A stretch of 64,000 bases of DNA from Scyliorhinus canicula (GCF_902713615.1 NW_024055665.1:62001-126000), one strand, 5' to 3'. Counted from the first letter of the stretch, positions 48,576 through 60,965 are shown. The notes: generated by a model from the letters alone, not told the origin. A program made the numbers and translations.

Positions 48576-48621
48576 GGGATAAGAAAGTCAGCAACAAACT
48601 GAGAGAAATGGCCCACCTCAT
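48576..48621 (-). CDS. IGHV: VH leader exon
   Basis: MRWAISLSLLLTFLS plus C|GTGAG; a 128-nt intron joins it to the V exon to give ...FLSRVQS. Confidence 0.95.
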
Positions 48622-48712
48622 CCTTCTGGCCATTTGGGGGAAATGGTTGTGTCAGGAACTCAGTGAACAAACCAGCTCCCGGACTGTTGGATTCGGGTCC
48701 CAGTGAGCGGCA

Positions 48713-48795
48713 TTTAAATACCCGGCAGAAGGGGGCGGCTTTCCAGGCGCCGCCTGTTGATTCCCTGGTGGAGGCGGCGACTGGATCCACGTCCC
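48713..48795 (-). promoter_or_regulatory. VH promoter (TATA-like box, GC box, palindrome; no octamer)
   Basis: TATTTAAA at 48713-48720 about 92 nt upstream of the ATG, GGGGGCGG at about 48731-48738, CAGGCG-C-CGCCTG at 48744-48756 and an ACGT core at 48789-48792. Confidence 0.6.
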
Positions 48796-49529
48796 GCCTT
48801 CCACACCCCCAACAGAATGGACTCAGAGATTTACTATAGGGTTATTATTAAAACTGACATTTTATCTGTATCGGAATATTTATTTGTCTGAATTGATTCG
48901 TTGTAATACCTCTCCTCTTCCTAATGGCAAAATTACATCTGAATATTTGGTTATAAAAACTAATTCCATTGTAAATTAAGCCCCTTTATTTCTACACTCC
49001 AATATAAGGGAGTGAACATAAACAGATTCAATGATAGTATCAGGGAACGAATCGTCTGTCAGTCTGATTTCGACCACTTTGGGTCTCTTTCCCATTACAA
49101 CAATAAAGTATTATCTACCAGAGGAATTGTTATCGGTTTCTGTAACCAAATGACGGGATGAACAAAGTGATTGTATTTCCCGTGTGGGTGCCTATCACTG
49201 TACAATGTGGGACTGTGGGTAAGAGGAATTCTCACATTATACAATATTTCTCCTGACATTTCACGAAATTCTCTTGAGATTGAGACAGTCCTGTAAATAT
49301 TAGCGGGAAAAGAACTCCGTTTTCCCCGTTATCGCATTGTGAGTGGACAGAGAAACATAAAATTGACATCAGCATTGGACAGAAAAATTAATGAATCAGA
49401 AGGGATCCGGCGATCAGCAAAGTTCTCCTTCAGCATCCAAATAATTGCAGCTAGTTTGTATTGGCCACCGGCTGTCTAACATTCACTAGTGTTGGGAACA
49501 CAGGATATTGGGACTTTGCGGAATATAAC

Positions 49530-49735
49530 AAGTCCAAAGATGTGCGGGTTAGGTGGATTGGCCATGCTAAATTGCCCGTAGTGTCCTAAAAAGTAAGGTT
49601 AGGGGGGGGGGAGGGGGGGGGGGGGGGTTGTTGGGTTACGAGTATAGGGTGGATACGTGGGTTTGAGTAGGGTGATCATTGCTTGGCACAACATCGAGGG
49701 TCGAAGGGCCTGTTCTGCGCTGTACTGTTCTATAA
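49530..49735 (+). mobile_element. SINE 3' half with a poly-G tract
   Basis: GTCCAAAGATGTGCGGGTTAGGTGGATTGGCCATGCTAAATTGCCC...GAAGGGCCTGTTCTGCGCTGTAC. Confidence 0.8.
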
Positions 49736-51873
49736 TAAAATATCACAAGAATAAATGTTTTATCTTCCACTAAAACAGGTCATGAACGGGTCATTTCTCC
49801 ACTCATTGGCAGCAATAAGAGGGATTGTTAAATAATGGAAATCAGCACAAATTAAACTGTACAGAACACGGTGCTAATTGGGTATCATAGATGCCTCCGT
49901 TTAAATGAGGGGCTCAACACGGTGAATATTCCAAATGATACTATGATTCTCTTTTAATTTAATATAAATGTATTTTTGCCATCCCACTGACCCCATTAGA
50001 TGCTGTTTATGGGAACATCCATTTCATTCGCACTTCATGAAGTTCTCAATAACCGTCTTTAATAACTTGAATTAATTTTACTTGGCAAGTATACAAATTA
50101 AACACTGTATTCTTAGTTTACTATTTTAGGATCGTTTTATGTCTCACGTTGAACAGGGAATTCACTAAAAATGATTATTTTTGTGAAATAACATTTAAAA
50201 TGTGTACTTCAGGTGCGATTACAACATTGATTCGTCGTGGCTGAATCCCACTTTGTCCATTCATATTGGCGCGGATCTGTCTCCCACAGTATTTGGCAGC
50301 AACCCAACTGGCTGCAGCCAGGCAGTCTCATTGACAGGAAGCATCTGGTGGCTTTTTGCAGTAAACAAAATACATGGGTTCCTTGGTGCTGCAAGCCAAC
50401 TTCAAACTCTCTGTATTTTCAAGAAGACTATTTATAGACAAACTCACCCAGCAACACCACTGGAGATCATTTTCTATGTTTTGAATTGTGAACTTATGTG
50501 AACAGTTCCCATCTGTCAGGAGAGGAGAGTTATCCAGCTTCTTTGACACCATGTTGGCAACAGAAACTGTTGGAAGATCTCTCCAATATCTCATAATATT
50601 GTGATGGATGTATAGAAATAAAGAAAGGCAGACTATCAGACAGAGGATACATTTTGCAATAGATAAACATGGATATTTGTGTTTTCCCCTTGATTCGTCC
50701 ATGGGATTTGGGAGTCTCTGGGAAGATTAGCATCTGTCGCCGGTCCCCAGTACTCTTGAGGTGAGTGGTTTGCTGGGTCATATTAATAGACATTGCAGAG
50801 TCAGTCGCATTGCTGTCCGCCTAGAGTTACATGTCAGTGACACCAGGTAAGGATGGCAAATTTTCTTCACTGGTGAAGCAGAGGTGTTTCCAAGTTCACC
50901 ATTACCATGTATTTCAGATTTGTTCATATTCCACCAGCTGCCTTACGCCAGATCATTGACCTCGGCCTTTGGATTACCAGACCAATATCATCAATACTAT
51001 GCCACTGTCTGCCCCCACACCACACAAAAAGGAATGATAATGTTGATGCTCGAATGAACAATACATCAATGCCGAAATATTTTGTTCGTGGAATCAATGA
51101 ATGATTTGATAGATGTATCGACAGATAGGCCTGACACATGCTGTTCTCACCTTGTGCTTGACTACTTCGTAAATTGAACAGGTCCTGTTTTCCTTTGTGT
51201 CAGTCCAATACATTCAGTTCCTCCAGATTTTATGGGTGAAAAAATCCCGACGCTATCGGGGAAATATTTGTTGTGTTTCTGTCAGTCCGCAATCTATTCT
51301 GGGCTTCTGTTTCTGTATTTATTTACATAAGCAACTCCTTGGTTACAATAAAGTGTGCATGGTAGCAAAACCAGATAGACATAGTAGTTATTGATTATTT
51401 TCAACTCAAAATAGCGATTTATTTTAAGTCAGTTGGTTCAAAATGAAGAGAGACTTCTTGAACGTCCGACACATGTTATTTAATTCAAATAAAAAAACAT
51501 TTAAATTCAGAATTCAGTTTGAAAGTTCAGATATCACAATCAATGAAGCTTCTTTTAATAGGCTGGTATACCACAGACGGTTAATCTGATTGAAGATTTC
51601 ACTCATTTGAACTGGATAATTGAAAATATCAGTCAGTAGAGTGACCTATAATCACATTAATCTCAGAGTTTCCAACGTTTCACTACTTGCATTTTAAAAT
51701 GTTAACATTTCGAAAGAACTTGCATCAATGGGACGCATTACCCGACAGTAGGTTTTTCCAAAACACTTAAAACTCATTGATCTACTTTTTCTGAATTTAG
51801 AAACTGTTGTAATGTTGGAAGTACAGCAGGTAATTTGAGCACAACAAGCTCCAACAAACAGAGGTATGAAGCA

Positions 51874-52605
51874 GAGGTGTTGACCTTGGCAGCACAGTAG
51901 CATTGTGGATAGCGCAATTGCTTCACAGCTCCGGGGTCCCAGGTTCTATTCCGGCTTGGGTCGCTGTCTGTGCAGAGTCTGCACATCCTCCCCGTGTGTT
52001 TGTGGGTTTCCTCCGGGTGCTCCAATTTCCTCCCACAGTCCAAAGATGTGCAGGTTATGTGGATTGGCCATGATAAATTGCCCTTCATGTCCAAAAAAGG
52101 AAAGAAAAAAAAGTGGGCAGCACGGTAGCCTTGTGGATAGCACAATTGCTTCACAGCTTCAGGGTCCCAGGTTCGATTCCGGCTTGGGTCACTGTCTGTG
52201 CGGAGTCTGCACATCCTCCCCGTGTGTGCGTGGGTTTCCTCCGGGTGCTCCGGTTTCCTCCCACAGTCCAAAGATGTGCAGGTTAGATGGATTGGCCATG
52301 ATAAATTGCCCTTAGTGTCCAAAATTGCCCTTAGTGTTGGGTGGGGTTGCTGGGGTATGGTGATAGGGTTGAGGTGTTGACCTTGGGTAGGGTGCTCTTT
52401 CCAAGAGCCGGTGCAGACTCGATGGGCCGAATGGCCTCCTTCTGCACTGTAAATTCTATGATATCTATGATAGTGTTGGGTGCGGTTACTGGGTTAGGGG
52501 GATAGCGTAGAGGTATTGACCTTGGATAGGGTGTTCTTTCCAGGAGCCGGTGCAGACTCGATGGGCCAAATGGCCTCCTTCTGCACTGTAAATTCTATAA
52601 TTCTG
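51874..52605 (+). mobile_element. Head-to-tail SINE concatemer with a duplicated 3' tail
   Basis: Two near-identical heads (about 51888 and 52115) and two copies of GGTGCAGACTCGATGGGCC(G/A)AATGGCCTCCTTCTGCACTGTAAATTCTAT (about 52410 and 52550). Confidence 0.85.
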
Positions 52606-52879
52606 AATGACCAGCTAATCTGTGATTTTAGTTGAAGAATGCACAATGGTTGAGGATACTCTGGAGGACAGGCCTGCGCTTTAGATTCATATCAATGAGA
52701 TTTTGTAACTGGTCATCCACATGAAAAGTGAATTGGTTTCTCTCTGGGCTGGTGCTCATTGGCCTCGTGTGGAATCTTCTTTTGTTGATTTTGTTTTAGA
52801 TTACCCAAATCCGCAGTACTATGCACTGTTTGTATTCCGAAAGGGACCATGACCATCACTGACAATGTCAGCATTATTC

Positions 52880-54350
52880 TTTTACTTATTTATAAACATT
52901 TTATTGAGGTATTTATGATTTTATTACAATAAAAGAAGAAACAATGTACATACAAATATAAACATAGTGCAAAGGCCGTCTCCCTTCCTCACAGGTCCCA
53001 CCTTTCTTACAAACTAATCTAAACGAAGCTAGACCCTAACCCCGCCCCCTTTCTGTTGACAGTTAATTTCCCCAAAAGAAGTCGACGAACGGCTGCCACC
53101 TCCAGGAACCCTAACATTGACCCTCTCAAGGCGAACTTGATTTTCTCCAAACACAGAAAGTTAGCCATGTCCCATAGCCAGGTCTCCGACTTTGGGGGCT
53201 TTGGGTCCCTCCAAGCTAATAATATCCGTCTTCTGGCTACCAGGGAGGCAAAGGCCAGAACGTCTGCCTCTTTCTCCTCCTGGATTCCCGGGTCTTCCGA
53301 CACTCTGAAAATCGCCACCGAAATCTCCACCGCTGGACTCGGTGCAACCCTTGTTTTTAACACCGTGAAAATCCACAAACATCCACAAACCCCTGTCAGA
53401 ATCTTCTAAGCTTCTGGCATTCCCAGAACACATGGACATGTTTGCTGGTCCGCCTGTATACCTTGCACACCTGTCTTCTACCCCAAAGAACCTGCTCATC
53501 CGGGCCACTGTCATGTGGGCTGCGTGAACGACCTTAAATTGTATCAGCCTGAACCTGGGACATGTTGAAATGAAATGAAACTCGCTTATTGTCACGAGTA
53601 AGCTTCAATGAAGTTGCTGTGAAAAGCTCCTAGTCGCCACATTCCGGCGCCTGTCGGAGGAGGCTGGTACGGGAATCGAACCGTGCTGCTGGCCTGCTTG
53701 GCGTGCTTTAAAAGCCAGCGATTTAGCCCAGTGTGCATCCACCCAGAGGCCATCCTCTGTCTCTCCTCCTAACTCCTCCTCCCATGTGCGTTTCTGCTCC
53801 ATGGCCTGCGTTTCCCATAACAGCCTCCCCGAACAGGCGCCGGAATGTGGCGACTAGGAGCTTTTCACAGTAACTTCATTGGAAGCCTACTTGTGACAAT
53901 AAGCGATTTTCATTTCATTTCATTTCATTTTTTTTCATTTTCTCTGACCCCATGAGTTCTTTATAAATATCCGAAACACTTCCTCTCCCACCGATATTCT
54001 GGAAACTACCCTGTCCTGTATCCCTTTGGGTGGTAGGAGCGGGAAAGTTGAGAAGTGCCTGCGTATTCCTGCACCTTTCAGTACCTAAACTCATTCTCTC
54101 CCGTCAATTCAAATTTTTCCTCCAACTCCCTCAGGCTGGGAAAACTCTCCTCGATAAACAGATCTCCCATCCTCTCGTTCCCTGCTCTTTGCCATCTCCA
54201 AAACCATCCATCCAGCCTCCCCGGGGCAAACCGATGATTATTGCAGATTGGAGACCAGACGGATGCTCCTTCTGCTTCCACATGCTTCCTCCATTGCCCC
54301 CAGACTCTCAGGGCCGCCACCACCACAGGGCTGGTGGAGTGCCGTGCAGG
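52880..54350 (-). mobile_element. L1-clade 3' end with two SINE insertions in opposite orientation
   Basis: CPRFRLIQFKVVHAAHMTVARMSRFF and ADVLAFASLVARRRILLAWR; AT-rich 3' tail near 52890. Confidence 0.85.
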
Positions 54351-54599
54351 CGGGAAGGGCAGAGGCGAAAGTCAGCATTAATTGTCCATTCTGAAAAGGC
54401 GCTCGTGAATCATGTTTATGAAAACTCGCACATCGGTCGGTTTTAATTGGGTTTGCCTTTCTGTTGCAGCTTAGATTAAATTAAGTGGCTTGCTCAGAAA
54501 TTTCACAGTCACATGTAGGACAGACCGGTTAAAGAAAGAACATCTCATCTCCCGAAGGGCGTTAATGAACCAGATGGGCGATGACTAAATTTCGGTCGA

Positions 54600-55822
54600 T
54601 TTTAGATTGTCATTAATGATACAAACAATAGACCTATACACGGACGACAGGATCGCAACACTGGACGAACTGACAGAGAAATTTCGGCTAGCTGGGGGGA
54701 ACGAGCTGAGGTACCTCCAGCTCAAAAACTTCCTACGAAAGGAGACAAGGACGTACCCACAACCGCCACGACAGACACTACTGGAAGACCTACTGGATGC
54801 AAGTATCCTAGAGAAACGGAACTGTAGCGACTTGTATGACCGACTGGTAGAAAGGGACGACGCTGTACTGGACGCAACAAGAAGGAAATGGGAGGACGAC
54901 CTAGGGATAGAGATAGGGTAGGGACTCTGGAGCGAAGCACTACATAGGGTCAACTCCACCTCCACATGCGCAAGGCTCAGCCTGACACAACTAAAAGTGG
55001 TACATACAGCCCACTTAACAAGAAACCGTATGAGCAGGTTCTTCCCGGAGGTGGAGGACAGATGCGAATGGTGCCAAAGAGGCCCGGCCAACCGCGCCCA
55101 CATGTTCTGGTCTTGCCCCAGACTTGTGGTGTACTGGACAGCCTTCTTCGAGGCTATGTCCAAAGTGGTGGGGGTGAGGGTGGAGCCATGCCCGATAGTG
55201 GCGGTCTTCGGGGTTTCAGACCAGCCAGATCTATTCCTGGGGTGGAGGGCAGACGCCCTTGCCTTTGCCTCCCTGATCACCCGCCGTAGAATCCTGTTTG
55301 GCTGGTGGTCAGCAGCACCGCCCAGAGCTGTCCGACCTCTCGGAATCTTTCCAAATGGAGAAAATCAAATTCGCCATCCGGGGGTCGGACGACGGCTTCC
55401 ACAGAATGTGGGAGCCATTCATACAATTGTTCCGGGACCTGTTTGTGGCCAACGAACAAGAGGAAGAATAGTCGGGTGGCCAAAAATCAGGGGGAAAATG
55501 GATGGGAATCGGGGGAAGGTTGCCCGGGGGGGGGGGGGGGGGCGGCTGCGGGTTCGTTATGGGGGTTTGATGGCTAGCTAAGGCCCAAAACCAAACTGTA
55601 AATACATGCCTATAAACATGTGCCTCGGCCATATTGGGGAATGTAAAATATGTATGCCGGCTAAAGGGGAGCGGCCGCAGTTATTATTACAAAGATGCTT
55701 ACCTGTAAATATATATGTTAATTTTTCCGTGTTCTTTTTCTTTTTTTTTTCTCTCTCTAACAATTTGTAATTTGTTCAATATGAAACATGAAGACTGAAT
55801 AAAAAACATTTTTTAAAAAATG
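54600..55822 (+). mobile_element. L1-clade 3' end with polyA tail
   Basis: STSTCARLSLTQLKVVHTAHLTRNRMSRFFPEVEDRCEWCQRGPANRAHMFWSCP; ends AATAAAAAACATTTTTTAAAAAA. Confidence 0.9.
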
Positions 55823-56599
55823 ATACAAACAATTTTATGTCCGATTTATTAAATTAGTGAATTGAAATGCCACAAGTTGCCGTTGTGTAATTTGAATTTC
55901 TCTCTCCAGAGCCTTGATTCACGCCTCTGGATTGCTAATCTAGTAATTATATGACTGCTCTATCCGTTTTTATTAATTTAGGGGATGTGGGTGTCGCTGG
56001 CTGGGCCAGCATTAATTGCCCATCCCTAATTGCCATCCACTAGGTGTTGGTGAGTTACCTTCTTGAACCGCTGAAGTCCCTGAGGTGCAGTTACACCAAC
56101 AGTGCTGTTGGGGAAGGGGTTCGAGGATTTTGATCCAGGAATAGTGAAGAAACAGCGATGTATCCGAAACGAGCCTCTTATGGACTGCTGGATTTATGGA
56201 CTGATCTGATCTAGAACATAGAACATAGAACAGTACAGCACAGAACAGGCCCTTCGGCCCTCGATGTTGTGCCGAGCAATGAACACCCTACTCACGCCCA
56301 CGTATCCACCCTATACCACTAACCCAACAACCCCCATTAACCTTATTGATTCGGACACTAAGGGCAATTTAGCCTGGCCAATCCACCTAACCTGTTCACA
56401 CACCTTCTCTACTGAGGAGTACTGCACTCCAGTATGCTTCATCCAATGCCTGTGACTATGTATTTACATTGTGTATTTTATGCTTTCCCTATTATGTATT
56501 TTCTTTTCATGTACGGAATGATCTGTCAGCACTGTACGCGGGACAATACTTTCCACTGTATCTCGGTACACGTGGCAATAAACTAATCCAATCCAATGT

Positions 56600-58330
56600 T
56601 TCCAAGTTGAGATGGTGAGTGACATAGAGGAGAAACTCCAGATAGAGGGGTTCCCACGTCTCTGCTTCTGTTGTCCTTCTGCGTGGCAGTAGTCCTGGGT
56701 TTGGAAGGTGCTGCCTAAGAAACCATGGCAATTTCCAAAAATGCAGCTGGTAAATGGTACGCACGGCTTCCACTGTTCGTCGGTGGTGGATGGATTGAAT
56801 ATTTGTGCAAGGGCTTAAAATCGAGTGGACTTCTTTTTCCTGGATGGTGTCGAGCTTTTGGAGTATTTCTGGACCTTCACTCATCCAGGAAAGTGGAGAG
56901 CATTGAATTGCACTCCTGATTTGTGCCTTGTAGGTGGTGGACAGATTTTCGGGCGACAGGAAGTGAGTTCCTCTCCATCAGATTCCTAGCCTTGGACTTG
57001 CTCTGGGAGCCACAGTATTAATACGGCGAATCCAGTTAAGTTTCTGATCAATGCTAGCCCCAGGGTATTGATTACGGGGGTGGCACCGATGGTAACGCCA
57101 TTGAACGTCAAGGCCGATTGTTAGATCCTCTGTTGTATGAGATGGTCATTGCCTGTCACTTGTGTGGAGTGAGGTTTCCCACTTGTCAGCCCAAACCTGA
57201 GTATTGTCTGCATTTACAGCTTCATTATCTGAGGAGTCACGAATGGTGCTGAATACTGTGATCATCCCCACTTCTGATCTTATGCTGGGAGGGAGGTCAT
57301 TGATGAAATAGTGGAAGATTGTCTAGAACACTGCCCTGAGGAACTGCTGCAATAATGTTCAGGAGCTGGGATAAGTGATCTCCAGCAACCACAACCATCT
57401 TCCTTTGTGCCAGGTATAACTCCAACCAGAGGAGATTATTTTCCCCTGATTCAGATTGACCCCAGTTTTGCCAGCACTCCTTGATGCCATAATCGGTTAA
57501 ATGCTGCCTTGATGTCAAGGGCAGTCACTTTCACCTTACCTCTGACATTCAGTTATTTTGCCCGTGTTTTAACAAAGGCTCTAATGAGGTCAGGAGCTGC
57601 GTGATCGTGGCGAAACTCAAACTGTGCCTCCATGAGCAGGTTATTGCTGAGCAAGTGCCGTTTGATAGCACTGTGGATGAGTCCTTCCATCGTTTTGCTG
57701 ATGATGGAGAGTACACCGATAGGGCAGTAATTAGTTGGGTTGGATTTGTCCTGTTTCTTGTATACAGGACACAACTGGGCAGTATTCCACATTGCCGGGT
57801 AGATGCCAGTGTTATAGCTGGGCTGGAGCACGTTAGCTGGGGCTGCGGCAAGTTCTGGAGCACAAGTCCTCAGTACTATTGCTGGAATATTGTCAGGGCC
57901 CATAGCCTTTGCAGTCAGTATCCAGTGCCTTCAGCCGTTTCTTGATATAATGTGGAGTGAGTTGTATTGGCCGAAGACTGGCATTTGTGATGCTGGGGAG
58001 CTCCGGATGAGACCGAGATGGATCATCCATACGGCACTTCTGGCTGAAGATTGCTGTGAATTCTTTGATCTTGTCTTTTGCACAGATGTGCTGGACTCGT
58101 CCATCATTGGGATTGGGGATATTTGTGGAGCCTCCTCCGCCAGTGAGTTGTTTAATTGTCCACCACCATTCACTGCCGAATTGTGACAAGACTCTCGGAG
58201 TTAGAGTTGATCCGTTGGTTCTCGAATTGCTTAGCCCTGTCTATTAATTATTCCTTATGCTGTTTGACACATAATTAGCCCTGTATTGTAGTAATTTTAG
58301 GTATGCCTGGTGTTGCTCCTGGCATGCTAG
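56600..58330 (-). mobile_element. Decayed non-LTR retrotransposon (CR1/L2-related RT)
   Basis: GPDNIPAIVLRTCAPELA, CPVYKKQDKSNPTNYCPIGVLSIISK and VPQGSVL. Confidence 0.8.
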
Positions 58331-58339
58331 CCTGCGTTG

Positions 58340-59050
58340 ATCCCCTGGCTTCAGTTTCAAAATCCTAGGGGTGCACATCACCAAATATCTGTCCTGGTCC
58401 ACTCACGTCAACGCTATCACCAAGAAATCACAACAGCGCCTATACTTCCTCAGGAAACTAAGGAAATTCGGCATGTCCACATTAACCCTTACCAACTTTT
58501 ACAGGTGCACTATAGAAAGCATCCTATCGGGCTGCATCACAGCCTGGTATGGCAACTGCTCGGCCCAGGAACGCAAGGAACTTCAGAGGGTCGTGAATAC
58601 CGCCCAGTCCATCACACAAACCTGCCTCCCATCCATGGACTCCATCTACACCTACCGCTGCCGGGGGAAAGCAGGCAGCATAATCAAGGATCTCTCCCAC
58701 CCGGCTTACTCTATTTTCCAACTTCTTCCATCGGGCAGGAGAAACAGAAGTCTGAGAACACGCACAAACAGACTCAAAAACAGCTTCTTCCCCACTGTCA
58801 CCAGACTCCTAAATGTCCCTCTTATTGACTGACCTCATTAACACTACACACCGTATGCTTCATCCGATGCCAATGCGTATGTAGTTACATTGTATATCTT
58901 GTGTTGCCCTATTATGTATTTTCTTGAATTTTGTTTAATTCCCTTTTCTTCCATGTACTGAATGATCTGTTGAGCTGCTTGCAGAAAAATACTTTTCACT
59001 GTACCTCGGTACACGTGACAATAAACAAATCCAATCAAATCCAATCCAAT
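58340..59050 (+). mobile_element. Rex1/Babar-like LINE 3' end
   Basis: SQQRLYFLRKLRKFGMSTLTLTNFYRCTIESILSGCITAWYGNC (DUF1891-like) with a (CAAAT/CCAAT)n tail. A related copy lies at about 59790-60315 and a 3' UTR piece at about 56450-56597. Confidence 0.8.
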
Positions 59051-59703
59051 CGTGGTAATGGTAGAGTGGGAATATGCCATACCATGAGGTTTCAGATTGT
59101 GGTTGAATACAAATCTGCTGCTGCTGATGGTCCACAGCACCTCATGGAGGCCCAGTCTTGAATTGCTAGATCTGTTTGAAGCCCATCCCACTTAGCACAG
59201 TGGTAATGCCACACACCACAAAGTCGGGTCTTAGACAAGGACTGTGCGGTGGTCACTTCTACCGATACTGTCATGGACAGATGCATCTCCAGCAGGCATA
59301 TTGTTGAGGATGAGATCTTTGCAATTGCACAATTGATTCTATGTTGTTTTCTTCGTTAGTTCTGCAAAACCTTTGCATATATCTGCTTACAATGTAATAT
59401 GTCCCTTTCCCTACCATTGCAGCAACCTGCCTATGTTCCTTTGAAATTCTACACTGCGATCATGACGGACTACATTACAAATTCTGTATCATCTGAACAT
59501 TTAGAATATGCGCCCTGTACACCAAGGTCTTGACTGGAATACATATGAAATGAAATTCGCTTATTGTCACGAGTAGGCTTCAATGAAGTTACTGTGAAAA
59601 GCCCCTAGACGCCACATTCCGGCGCCTGTCCGGGGAGGCTGGTCGGGAATCAAACCGTGCTGCTGGCCTGCTTGGTCTGCTTTAAAAGCCAGCGATTTAG
59701 CTG

Positions 59704-59749
59704 AGAGAGCTAAACCAGCCCCTGCTAGAGAGCTAAACCAGCCCCTGCT
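59704..59749. repeat. Perfect 23-bp tandem duplication
   Basis: AGAGAGCTAAACCAGCCCCTGCT twice, at the head of a SINE. Confidence 0.9.
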
Positions 59750-60659
59750 TGGGAAAGAATGAAACACTTGCTGCTCTTTGGAAAGTTTCACACTAACTTG
59801 ACAAGTGCACTATAGAAAGCATCCTCTCTGGCTGCATCACAGTCTGGTATGGCAACTGCTCGGCCCAAGACCGCAAGAAACTTTAGAGAGTCGTGAACAC
59901 AGCCCAGTCCATCACACGAACCCACATCCCATCCATTGACTCCATTTATACCTCCTACTGCCTTGGGAAAGTCGGCAGTATAATCAAAGACCCCTCCCAC
60001 ATGCCTTACTCACTCTTCCAATTTCTTCCATCAGGCAGGAGATACAAAAGAGAACACGCACAAACAGATTCAAAAACAGCTTGGTTCCCGCTGTTACCAG
60101 ACTCCTGAACGTCCCTCTTACGAACTGACCTGATTAATACTACACTCCTCTATGCTTCACCAGATGCCAGTGTCTGTGCATTTACATTGCGTACCTTGTG
60201 TTGCCCTTTTAGGTATTTTCCTTTCATGTACAAATGTTCTGTTTGAGCTGCACGCAGACAAATACTTTTCACTGTACCTCGGTACACATTACAAAAACAA
60301 ACAACTCCAATCCACGATATCCGTTTCCACGTCATTAATCCTGTGACCTTCACTCTGCTCCCCCATCCACCCCTCCCAAAGGTCTTAAAGTTACCGTGGG
60401 TGTGTTTGAGTGAAGCGATAACTTAAAAATAAAACATAATCTAGACTACGTCAGGTTCCAGGGTATTATAATTGGCACAACTTTCAGAATCTTAGCCATT
60501 ATCGGCGAGGGCATGGTTTAGTGCAGAAATAACTGACACGTGGGAGGGACGGGTTTAGTTTTTTATTTCGTGCAGTAATAACAGGTACAGAATTTAGTGT
60601 CAAAAAACATGGAAATGAATACGAGCAATCAAAAACCCGATAAATATGAAATGATTCAC

Positions 60660-60965
60660 GTCGGCACGGTAGCACAGTGGTTCGCATTGTTGCGTCACTG
60701 TGCAAGGTCCCAGGTTCGATTCCCGACTTGGGTCACTGTCTGTGTGGAGTCTGCACATTCTCCTCGTGTCTGTGTGGGTTTCCTTTAGGTGCTCTTTTCT
60801 CCCACAGTCCCTAAAGACATACTTGTTAGGTGCATTGGACATTTTGAATTCTCCCTCAGTGTACCCCAACGCCGGGGTTTGGCGACTAGGAGATATTCAC
60901 AGTAACTTCATTGCAGTGTTAATGAAAATATACTTGTGACACTAATAAAGATTAGTATTATTATT
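60660..60965 (+). mobile_element. SINE with (ATT)n tail
   Basis: Head GGCACGGTAGCACAGTGG and tail GATTAGTATTATTATTA. Confidence 0.8.

Noticed and set aside
48082-48621. Processed (retrotransposed) Ig cDNA as the origin of the joined VDJ
   Set aside because: The leader intron, J-C intron and all C introns are present.
29549-48621. IgNAR, IgW or a strict IgM1gj ortholog
   Set aside because: Four Cmu-type domains with a Cmu1 light-chain Cys, a mu tailpiece and a conventional VH point to IgM. Cmu2 is present, unlike IgM1gj, and orthology needs a phylogeny.
50202-50702. ORFs in the unique region upstream of VH
   Set aside because: No recognisable domain or supported exon structure.
50731-50757. 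EYWGPA on the minus strand as an extra JH
   Set aside because: No WGxG, no RSS and no J-like continuation; it also lies upstream of V.
1200-60965. SINE heads as tRNA genes, and dispersed repeats as CRISPR arrays
   Set aside because: The heads cannot form full cloverleaves and continue into SINE bodies. There is no repeat-spacer array, and the DNA is vertebrate.
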